This document shows positions 1-9,736 of a DNA stretch of 32,106 nucleotides, piece after piece. The DNA comes from Octopus bimaculoides. Taxonomy: Eukaryota. The DNA lies in assembly GCF_001194135.2 (NCBI RefSeq), contig NC_068998.1, positions 55,363,661-55,395,766 on the forward strand. The letters are read 5' to 3'. Position numbers and translations under genes: made by a program. The notes beneath the pieces are model-generated. The model had not been told where the DNA came from. It did no database searches and was given only the letters and a program-made list of their open reading frames with translations. How positions within the stretch are numbered: the first letter of the stretch is position 1; every line of letters begins with the position of its first letter.

Positions 1-57
<57 letters not shown>

Positions 58-58
58 G
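1..58. repeat. (TA)n(CA)n microsatellite; similar arrays occur at about 5305-5355, 6490-6560, 9105-9175, 9320-9350, 27510-27580 and 31025-31050
   Basis: Directly visible. Confidence 0.95.
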
Positions 59-129
59 CACACGTGCATAATCCATTTAAACGTTAATTATTTGTTGCTA
101 AATTATTGTCTCTTACACATTTCCTTCAG

Positions 130-490
130 CCGTTGATTTTGGTCAAGAGAAACTGCGGCACATGTTCAGTACAATATGAAAAAGAAAGCCATCAAAGAAA
201 GCTCAGTAGCAGAAACAATGTTAGACATTATCCAGAAAACACACGTTCGATCCCAGTTACTATTCACTTGCAATTATTTCAACATGGCTACTTTGAGTTT
301 CGAATCTGTTCTTCTAGTAACATTAGCACAGTAATAGATGCTGATTGTTTAAAGACTGACAAACTGAAAATAAAGGAATCAGGGAGTACCCTATATTATC
401 CTCAATCTAAAGGCTGGCATCACATTAATTTGGAGCTGTTCCAGGAAATCAAATGCAACCAGTGCGTTCTTCAATGGAAATATAAAACTA
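130..490 (+). CDS. Internal exon of an AA15-family lytic polysaccharide monooxygenase-like (chitin-binding type-4-like) gene; upstream exons lie outside the window
   Basis: Acceptor ...catttccttcag|130 and donor ACTA|gtgagg at 490/491 (phase 1). The translation contains NCGTC, RHY, HGYFEFRIC and IKCNQCVLQWKY, matching the AA15 motifs KCGVCGD, RTY, HxGYFEFRLC and LTCxQCVLQWxY. The exact acceptor is less certain than the donor. Confidence 0.85.
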
Positions 491-1134
491 GTGAGGAGAT
501 TCATTTTTCTTGTCATTTTCTTTTGATATTTCAACTAACAGATATTGGTGCAAAACATTATAACGGTTTTTAACATTTCGATTTTAAACACAGAAAATTT
601 GTCTCGCTATTGGCTAAAAATACAGTTTATTTTTATTTTTAAACCTCTCTAACTTTTTCCTCCAATTTTTTTCTTTCACAACATCATACCTTCATAGCAA
701 TATGTAGACTGAAAAGCTACATCATTAAAACTGATTTTCAAATTTTTTACTTCCTTTTAAACGATACATATTTTGTGAATCAGTTTAACTAAATCCCAGT
801 ATTTTTTACACTGGCCAAGGCGGTGCAATTATTGAGCAACTGTTGAATGATCAATATTCTATTTCTACTACAAACTCCTGACTTGTTTTGCGTTGGCCAA
901 ATTCAATATTATCCCTTAAATGGTTGCTGTTAAACGCAGACGATCGTCTACAACCTTTCATATCGTCAATGGTTTCATCGCCACCACAGATTTTTTTTTC
1001 TTTTTTAACTGTACAGTCACTGACAAACGCAATGACCAAATATTTCCTTGCTATTCTCTGCATTTCCGCTGCTTTGTGTTTTATTTCCCTCCTCAACCTT
1101 TCATTTGACAGACATCTCTGTATAGACCAAAAAA

Positions 1135-1425
1135 ATGACTGATGGGAACCTCTTCGTTAAGGTGTCTAGTATAGACAATCCTATGAGATCGGAGACATCC
1201 GGGCTGTCGAAGGTCCCAATCATCACATCGAAGGAGCTTACTGGGTTGCTTTCTTTGACCCAGACCAAACCTTGGTTGAACAGCAGCATTTTCCTAGCGT
1301 GCATAATCACGTCTATGTCCTAATCGCTAATCTCAGTAAAATTCCAAGCAAACATAAGCATCTTAACTAGTAACCTTTTCAATCGATACAGATAAAGATC
1401 TACTCTATCAAATTGGGTGAACCTT
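1135..1425 (-). mobile_element. Penelope-like element (PLE) reverse transcriptase fragment inside the LPMO intron
   Basis: The minus strand reads FTQFDRVDLY...LLVKMLMFAWNFTEISD*DIDVIMHARKMLLFNQGLVWVKE...FDVMIGTFDSPDVSDLIGLSILDTL. This matches the PLE RT pattern FDIxxFY...IIxHARKSLLF...WVK...[22 protein letters not shown], with an in-frame stop. Confidence 0.75.
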
Positions 1426-1535
1426 GCCCTGACTCTACTCTGGTTAGCCTTAACCTAAATGAGCGTCTCTGTTTAGTCTCTAGATATGTATTTTTATTTT
1501 GTCTATAAATAAGAATTTTTGATTTCATATTTCAG

Positions 1536-3013
1536 GTCGTTGTGAAAATGGCAGTGAGGGACGTGTTTGTGGCTATGAAATGCAGTTTTACAATTGTGCA
1601 GATATTGCTTTTGATAAATTAATCCCCAATAATGGCGCTGAAGAAGAAGAGATGAAATTCCAAAATACTCGAAAGAATGGAAGAAGAAGAAAGAAAAGAA
1701 ATGCATTACCCTTATCTTCTAAAATTTGTAAACCAAACGAGATGTGCAGGCGACGAAGTGTACTGCAATCACTGTTTAGCAAGAACTTCCTTGAATACAA
1801 CGATTCCAGTTCAGTTATGACCGAAAGTATTTCTGCCACATTGCTAATGTCAGAAAATTTACTAGCATCACATGGAGCTCTTCATGAGGATGAATTAAGT
1901 CTGTCTGAGCCTGGCTCTGCATCGGGGCATTATTTAAATCTATTGGAACCAAGCGATTTCAGTGACTATGGGTCAGGTGGTGTACAATCAGGTGACCACA
2001 GGTCAAATGCGTTTTCTGTTGAAGCATCTGCAACTACTTTGGAATCACGAAATCTGAATGCAATAAATCAAATTCGAAAGAATGGTACGAATGAAAATAA
2101 AGACATATCTCTAAAGGTGAATATGTCTTTGATTAATAAGAAGAAATCAGCTTCAATACATCTGAATTCTTCTAGATCCATTAATATAAGTGAGTGGCAA
2201 AAAACTGCAATGGAAATGCAAAGTCAGGCTAAGAGACCTCATCAAAAGCTGTCTTCCTCTGATGGGGAAAGAAGAAGAAAACTGAGAACAAATGCAACAC
2301 TAACCGATAAAAACTGGTCTTTGGGATCGAATTCTTTAGTTGCAGAAGAATCACTTCCCATCACAGCCCCACCTCAGTTGTTAACAAAAGATAACTACTC
2401 AGGGGCTAAAAAAACAAACAATTCTCTAATTAGTTTGAGTGATAAAACCAATACAATGGTTCCATCAAAAAGAGATGAGACAAATAAACAACTCACGGCA
2501 ACAGAAAAGATTGATTTAACAATATTTCCAACAACAGCAATACAACAACATTCATCGGGGACTAACGATTCCATTCCTAAACGTTCGGATAAGACGAAAA
2601 CAAAAGAGAAGAATAATTGTACAGATGGTGATAATTGTGCCTTTAAGAAGCATGAATGCGAAAAAAGAATTGAATGTAGCCAAACTCAGAACGGAACTAT
2701 ACTGTGTGTGACTGTGGAATCCTGTTCTTTGATAACAGATATTTTTCAGGGATTACCGCATTGTAGTGGTCATGGTAAAACACTTAGATGCAGAGGACGT
2801 GGTATCTATCGTTACATGAAAGGAATATCGTCTTGGTGTGAGAAAATGTGTAGGAATCAGGGCTGCCAATTATCTGTGTGTAACTGCGATTGTCGACGGA
2901 TAGTCTCGTGTGGAGCTGTCGGCCTTTTCAGAATAGTTCCTGGTTCTACAATTTGGTGTCAGATAAACTGTGCTAATAACTATTGTCCGTCAACACACTG
3001 TGGGTGTCAGTAA
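1536..3013 (+). CDS. Terminal exon of the AA15 LPMO-like gene: end of catalytic domain, polybasic site, about 350-aa Ser/Thr/Asn/Lys-rich linker, Cys-rich C-terminus
   Basis: Acceptor catatttcag|1536 is phase-compatible with the 490 donor. It reads (S)RCENGSEGRVCGYEMQFYNCADIAF, matching AA15 GxCxxG...CGxQExFxxCADIAI. It is open to TAA at 3011-3013 and ends with two C-x15-C-x3-C-x4-C-x4-C-x-C modules. Confidence 0.88.
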
Positions 3014-3189
3014 GGTCTCTTAATATGCTCAACAATTGGCTCAATTGCCATTTGCTTCGTTATTTTCCATCTATGCTCTTCAATTTTTCATCATTTGTGT
3101 AGGCGAAACGTTATGTTTGAGTGACATACAGATAAGTGACAAATACGAAATCATTAACATAACTTTAGTCAGTATCTCATAACTACCAA

Positions 3190-3493
3190 GTCGAATGACC
3201 ATGGGATTGCACCTAGAAAGTTCCCCTCCAAGGCACAAGTCCGGGCAAGGTTGTGTATAGAAGACCAGCAGTCGCTTCATGCATGCCAATCTCCTCTCTC
3301 CACGGCAAAGGCAAAGGGACCGATACAGCTTGGCACCAATGATGTTGCAACTCATTTCTACAGCTGAGTGAATTGGAGCAACGTGAAACAAAGTGTTTTA
3401 TTTAAGAACAGAACACAACACAGCCGGTTTGGGAAACGAACCCACAACCTCACGATTGTAAGCCCGATACTCTAAACACTGAGCCATGCCCCT
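3190..3493 (-). mobile_element. tRNA-derived SINE (octopus-type)
   Basis: The minus-strand head AGGGGCATGGCTCAGTGTTTAG...GGTTCGTTTCC has Pol III A-box and B-box motifs but no tRNA 3' acceptor stem, followed by a body resembling a common cephalopod SINE. Confidence 0.7.
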
Positions 3494-4659
3494 TCACTGA
3501 GTAAATGCAGTGGTTATTTTTTTGTAAAAGCTAGATAGACCCGACCATATTGTACGGAATGTATAGTTATGAACCTCACTCTTGTTTCAAATAAATTTAT
3601 TTCTTTTGCTGAATTTGCTTTATACTTCATTAGAGAATAAAAAGTATAACATTTGAAACAAATAGTAATGTTTTATATAAAATATATAATTTTAAAAAAT
3701 TTTGGCTTACAACAAATGCTGTTTGAACAGTTTCTAATTTTGGGTGGTAAAACATTATCACCAAAAATTCTTATCTAACCACAATTTCCCATTTATGTAT
3801 TATGAGTGTGCTCAAAAACTTTGAGTATGGGCACGTCTGTGTGAGTAACAGTCTTCAATTCGATTTCATCTTGAAAACCTCGTGGATGCAGATGTTTTTC
3901 TTTTGCACAGAAGCGCGCAACTTAGAGGTAACATTGGATAAGAGTTGTGATTTTTTAAAAGTGCATCATGGCTTATTTGGAAGAGCTTTTTTGAATGAAA
4001 AACCAACAAAAATGCACGTTGAATGAGGTAAATAAATAAATTACAGCAAGAGAAAATATTAATTTCAACAATATTTCCATATTTCCAGAACCTCCAAGAT
4101 TGGTTGGATGAAGGGAGAAAGATATTGTCAGATTGGAAACAACTAGATTCCACTAAAAGGTTAAATTGTTGAGTTCAGCAAGCAACAGATTGAGTCTAAC
4201 TTATAAACTGAAAATCAAATAAAAGAAGGAAAACTGGAAACAAATTTCAAGAAATTTTTGAATGTTTTATGTCACCAAATAGTTTTCTTTCCTCCAAGAA
4301 AATTAATTTTCAACTAAATGGACATACAATTAAATATTGATTTGATTGGCATGTGTATTTTGTGGACAATACTCACCAACTGTTAATTATGTTAACTTGC
4401 TAGACACCACCTGCCATTTTAACCTACGTACAGTCTTCCATATTGACTTTTGACAAACATATTCTGCTGATTACGTTGATCCAGCTTTATTTGAATCTGT
4501 TTTAGTTAAGAGATGATAGAGAATAAATTACTTGAAGAAATTATTCATGGACGCCGTTCACATGAAAAATTATAGTCAAGTTAGTGACGTCATATTTAAT
4601 GAAGTTAGCATAAGAAAATTAATTAGAAATAATTTTACGGTGAAGATAATATTAGTAAA

Positions 4660-4870
4660 CTAGCGGTCGCCCAGCCTTTGTCCCAGCCTGTAGTGCGTGT
4701 AGGCGTAAACTGTGAAGCCAGCAGTTCATGTAGCAGTGGAAATTTTTGGGATCGTACAATACTTGAATCATTACCTATTTTATTCAAGATTTAGTATTAT
4801 TAGCAGTGAGCAAACAAACAAACTTTCGATAAGTATTATAAGCAAATCTTCTCTTTATAAGTATTATAGA
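4660..4870 (-). mobile_element. Non-autonomous Helitron-like element (Lep1-type organisation)
   Basis: The minus strand starts A|TCTATAATACTTATAAAG, contains (GTTT)n and ends ...GGGCGACCGCTAG|T, giving 5'-TC, 3'-CTAG and an A|T insertion site. The subterminal hairpin is degenerate. Confidence 0.55.
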
Positions 4871-5637
4871 TAGACACCTTTTTATATATATATATATTTA
4901 TATATCACCAAACTACACTTCACAAAATGAAAGTACGATTGCTTCGAATCGTAGCACATGTAACACTAGGAATGTTCAAATAGTAGATCAATTCAAAAAG
5001 TGCTTATCTTTAACTCTGAGGTTTCCCCTCTCCGCCTCCGTTTTCGAAAAAAAAAAAAAAAAAAGGTATCGTTGGCGAATGAGTCAGTTCGGTTGGAAAT
5101 AAACGAAAAAACCTGAGTATGTGTGTGAGTGTATACGCTCATACCTACGCATATTTTATATACACCTATGCATGTGCATAGATGTGTGCGCTTGCACCCA
5201 TGCTTGTTTACATGTCTTGGATCGATGAAACCTGTAAATTATGTTATTCTTCACTCGGAAAAGGAAATAATATTTTGAAAACAAAAAAGTTAAAAATCTA
5301 ATTACACACACACACGTATATATATTTATATACGTGTGTGTGTGTGCGTGCACGTGTGAAAGTGATAAATTAAATATGATATTTTAATCACTAACTTCAG
5401 AGCAAAGCTTTTTAATGCAGTTCGCCCGCATTTAGCGTCTCCGACTTTCACTCGCTCCCACTCTGTTATTTTAATATTCTTCTTTCAGCGTCACTGATGG
5501 GAAACACAATTCATTTTATTAAATGTAAGATATATATATATATATACATACATACACATATAAAGAGGGGGAGAGAGAGAGATAGAAAATGGTGAAAGGG
5601 AGAAAAAGGGAATTACAGAGGGTGGTGGAGAAAACAG

Positions 5638-6184
5638 GGATCTTTTTTAAAACGGGGGCCACATTTTTCATTAACGAAACACTTTGAAACTTGGAACACT
5701 GGTAGAATGTGTCATATAAAACATCTTTTTCTCTTAGTCTTCTTAAAAGAAAAAGAAATCCATAAGTTATTCCATGTTAAAGTTGTATTTCTGTAATTTC
5801 AACCAATCACTGACGTCCATTCAACCGATATACATTAAGTGCCGACTACATAAACAAACGATTCTGAAACAATTAACCCTAACCCTAGGGTTAAAGCAAA
5901 TTTAAAATGAAAAAAGCAAATAAAACGAAGGTATGGAGATTAAATACGCTTTACATCGCTTAATCAGCCAAAGGAGTAAATATAAACAACTGAATACTTG
6001 TCAGTGATTGGTTGAAATTATCGAAATAAGACAATTTTTTACATCAAATAAATTCGAATACAAAAATATTTTTCTGTTCTATAACACAAAATAGATAAGT
6101 ATACGAAGTTTGAAAGTCTTTCCGTACCAAAAACACTACGTGAAACATTAATGAAAAATGTGGCCCCCGTTTTAAAATAGATCC
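5638..6184. mobile_element. 547-bp MITE with 39-bp terminal inverted repeats and 8-bp target-site duplication (Merlin-like)
   Basis: Left end GGATCTTTTTTAAAACGGGGGCCACATTTTTCATTAACG and the reverse complement of the right end match at 37 of 39 positions. GAAAACAG is duplicated at 5630-5637 and 6185-6192. There is an internal perfect 21-bp inverted repeat (5794-5814 / 6000-6020). Confidence 0.85.
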
Positions 6185-6564
6185 GAAAACAGTATAGAGT
6201 CGCATCAAAAAGGTGAAGATAAACTAACTTGGAAATGGATGCGTGGCGTTCAATTAAGTAATAATATAAATAATATATATATACGTCCTGTACCCATATA
6301 TGCATATATATGTTATATTGTGGAGGCGCAATGGCCCAGAGAGCCAACAAATAATGAAGGGTCGTTCTTTATGTTTGTTTTGGTTTCCATTTGTGTCTTT
6401 CGTTGTTCGAAAGAATAGTTCATATTCCATGTACTCGTGCTTTGTACTTTTTTGTTGTACACGTTTCGTGACGTCCTGTGTCCACATATGCATATATATA
6501 TATATATATATATATATACACGTATAGATGTAAGTATGTACATAGACGTATGTATATATGCACA

Positions 6565-7462
6565 TATTGGGTTGGCAACTAAGTTGCTGCCGTTTTTTAA
6601 AATTAAATTTTTTTTAAAGGTTTTAATAAAAAGTAACAACTAATTAATCAATAATGTATCCACCCTTGTTGTTTACAACTTCTTCCCAACGTTCAACAAG
6701 ATTTTCAATACCTCGTTGGTAGAAATCACCCGATTTCGACTCGAAAAATTGATCCAACCAAGCTCTCAATTCTGCATCAGTATTGAACGAAACTCCGGGC
6801 ATAGCATTTGAAAGAGATCGAAAGAGGTGGAAATCCATTGGTGCCAAATCAGTAGAGCACGGTGGGTGTGGCAGCACTTTCCAGCCATGTGTTTGAAAGG
6901 CTTCCTTGGTCATATTGGCGATATGAGGGCAGGCGTTGTCGTGCAGCAGAAGAACTCCAAGCTGACGATTACGTCTTTTCTCTTGAATAGCCGTGTTGAG
7001 TTGTTCCATCTGTTGAACATAGAGTTCTGCGTTGACCGTTTGGTTCCGTTCAAGCAATTTGTAATGGATAATCCCTTCCCAGTCCCACCATACGCACGGT
7101 GTCATTTGTTTACTGGGGCTAAGCCATTCCTTACGCTGCTTCATATTGATGTACAGGCACCATTTTTCGTTGACAGTAAGGATTCGGTAAAGAAATCGTT
7201 GCTTGTGTCCATGAATTGAGCGGTGACGAGCAAGCAAACCAGCGGAGATTGAGGCTCGTTGATTTTTGTTGTCACTTAAAGCATGCGGAATCCATGTTCC
7301 ATACTTCTGAACTTTCCCATCGAGTGAAGATGCTTCTCTATAAACAGTGTGGGAGCATTCCATTTTCTCTGCCAGTTCCCTTGTCGTTTAACAAGAATTT
7401 TCGTGCAAAGGTTGGTTTAATCGCTCTTCATCGAACTCAACTGGACGGCCAGAACGAGGTGC
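6565..7462 (-). mobile_element. Defective mariner (DD34D) element, 5'-truncated
   Basis: TA plus TIR TTGGGTTGGCAACTAAGTTGCTGCCG at 6565. The minus-strand transposase has RSGRP (HTH linker), WIPHAL, ILTVNEKW (first catalytic D changed to N), HDNACPH and CSTDLAPMD. There is an in-frame stop upstream of 7363 and an internal deletion before VWWD. Confidence 0.92.
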
Positions 7463-7585
7463 GTTATTGGACGCTCAGGAAGGAAAGAAAAGAAAGAGGA
7501 TTTCACGTTTCGAGCAGAGTTCTTCATCAGAAATATAGAAAAAGTCCAAAGAAGGGAAGACGGAGAAAGAAAATCGCCAACGATA
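7462..7585 (-). repeat. Short interspersed repeat carrying a hammerhead-like core, probably PLE-derived
   Basis: The minus strand has CTGATGAAGAACTCTGCTCGAAACGT in a pyrimidine-rich unit that interrupts the mariner 5' region. Confidence 0.5.
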
Positions 7586-7649
7586 TTCACACACACATAT
7601 ATATATGTGTGTGTTTGTCTATATATAGATACATGTATACTGAACATCC

Positions 7650-8340
7650 TTTAGTTTTTCTCAGACGAGAAAAATTTCTGCCAAGATCAGATGGTGAACG
7701 CACAGAACAACCTTTGGCTTGCCATGCCCCCAAAATATGTACTGAGAGATAAAATTCAAACATCCAGTCAAGAACATGGTATTTGTGGTGATCGCAAGTG
7801 ATGGTACTGCTATGCCTCCATTCATTTTCCCACACAGCTTCAGACTCATTATGAGGCCTACATCAAGTGCCTGGAGGAAGTAATGCTGCTCTGGGTCAAG
7901 AGGGTGGCTGCTGGAAGACCCTGTATCTCGCAACAGGACTCTGCACCATGTCACACAAGCAGGAGAACTCAGTCATGACTGTCAGACAATTTCTGCGACC
8001 GCATCACCTCTAACATCTGGTCACCTAACCCCCTTGATTATTATGTATAGGGCGCAGTTGAGTGAGAGACCGAAAATTCTTTGTAACGTCAAAGATGAAC
8101 TGAAGGCAAGGATTATGGCAGCATTGACCAACTTAAACAAGGAGACCGTCCTCAAGAGTCGCAGGTGATTCCGAAGTTGTCGGGAGGTCGTGGTTGAAGC
8201 CAATGGCGATTTTATTGAATAAATTTACTCTTTAGTATTTCAAGATATTTTTATGTAATTTTGGTAAATATATCTGTTAAAATGAGATGTCAGTGTTATT
8301 TTCATTTTTGCATAATTTAGTTTATTCACCGCACCTTGTA
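7650..8340 (+). mobile_element. Defective maT/DD37D-type Tc1-mariner element, 3' half
   Basis: Frameshifted translation gives FFSDEKNF...QQDSAPCHTSRRTQS...PLDYYV...VVVEANGDFIE*. It ends in a TIR-like TTTATTCACCGCACCTTG followed by TA at 8339-8340. Confidence 0.8.
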
Positions 8341-8959
8341 TATATATATAAACACAAACACACACACACATGCATATATACATGCGTGCATCTACATATG
8401 CATACATACATGCAAACATATGCGTATATTTGTATAGATGTCTATGTATGTATGTCTGTATGTACATATGCCTACGCCTCTAAGTTCTACCGATTTTCAA
8501 AAGACGAGATAAGTGAACATTTTAGTAAGTAAGCAGGAAGTTGTCGATTCTGCTGCCAGGCAGGTGAGATATGAAAATAGATTCTGCTGATAGGAGAATG
8601 AAAATTAATCATAACTCACAGACGACATATCTGGAAAGAAATTCCTGTGGCATGATTTTGTCATCGTTAGTGGAGGAAGTCTCAGGTTCGTGGTCGTTCA
8701 GGAATGTTGGAGTAAATAACAAGACACATTGTCAAGTAACGGAAGAAGCGATGCCGTAGAGTTCAGTCAAGCTTACCGTGTCGTCTTTTAGACATCCCCA
8801 TCCCCACCATCACCAACGCCGATTATAATCAAAGGAATTCAAGCCNNNNNNNNNNNNNNNNNNNNNNNNNNNNNNNNNNNNNNNNNGGGGGGGGGGGAGC
8901 ACGAGAATACAATAGCAATCAAAGGGACGCTAGGTGAAAAATGGTTGAGAACTCTTGGT

Positions 8960-9112
8960 TTAGTCACACAAATCGACCCTAATACTTTTTCTCCAAGCCT
9001 GCTACTTACTCTATTAGACACTTTTTGCCGAACCGCTAGATTACAGGGACATAAACAAATCAACACGAGTTGTCAAGCTCTGGTGGGGACAAACACAAAA
9101 ACAAGCACACAC
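8960..9112 (-). mobile_element. 3' half of the same SINE family as 9350-9736, inverted
   Basis: The reverse complement matches 9540-9680 (TTTGTCCCC...CTTGACAAC...GATAGAATAAGTA...GGGTCGAT). Confidence 0.6.
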
Positions 9113-9145
9113 ACACACACACACACACATGCACATGTATGTATG

Positions 9146-9185
<40 letters not shown>

Positions 9186-9349
9186 ACTTGGGGATGGTCA
9201 TATTGCCAGTTTACCCAATAAATCTTGCAAAACAAATATATATATATATACTTCGATTAGCGGTTGCCATAACCTCATGAAGGGATGGTTTCAGCCGAAA
9301 AAATACTGGTTCAATGATGATTATATATATATATATATATATATATATA

Positions 9350-9736
9350 GGTGTAGGAGTGGCTGTGTGGTAAGTAGCTTGCTTACGAACCACATGGTTC
9401 CGGGTTCAATCCCACTGTGTGGCACCTTGGGCAAGTGCCTTCTACTATAGCCTCGGGCCGACCAAAGCCTTGTGAGTGGATTTGGTAAACGGAAACTGAA
9501 AGAAGCCCGTCGTATATATGTATATATATATATGTGTGTGTCTGTGTTTGTCCCCCCAACATCGCTTGACAACCAATGCTGGTGTGTTTACGTCCTCATA
9601 ATTTCACGGTTCAGCTAAAGTGATCGATAGAATAAGTAGTAGGCTTACAGAGAATAAGTCCTGGGGTCGATTAGCTCGACTAAAAAAGGCGGTGCTCCAG
9701 CATGGCCACAGTCAAATGACTGAAACAAGTAAAAGA
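9350..9736 (+). mobile_element. Full-length tRNA-derived SINE (octopus-type) with internal (TA/TG)n
   Basis: A-box TGGCTGTGTGG, B-box GGTTCAATCCC, CORE-like ACCTTGGGCAAG, internal microsatellite, and 3' end GGCGGTGCTCCAGCATGGCC...GACTGAAACAAGTAAAAG. A second copy lies at 26585-26936. Confidence 0.8.

Noticed and set aside
106-573. ORF-track protein 106..573 as a complete gene
   Set aside because: The start is a non-ATG codon in intron sequence, and the tail after 490 (EEIHFSCHFLL...) reads through a GT donor; only 130-490 is exon.
1398-1420. AATTGG|GTGAAC as a micro-exon restoring the missing NWG
   Set aside because: Asn-Trp would end in phase 0 but phase 1 is required, and the sequence lies inside the antisense PLE fragment.
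3440-3493. tRNA gene calls at SINE heads (also 9350, 12519, 14317, 26585)
   Set aside because: A and B boxes are present, but there is no cloverleaf 3' half and each continues into a repeated SINE body.
5305-5355. Hairpin formed by (CA)n-(TA)n-(TG)n (similar near 26705-26770 and 29000-29040)
   Set aside because: An expected by-product of compound dinucleotide microsatellites; no unique stem sequence.
5156-9572. Many short Y/I/H/T/C/V-rich ORFs
   Set aside because: These are translations of (TA)n, (CA)n and (TG)n microsatellites or antisense frames of transposons.
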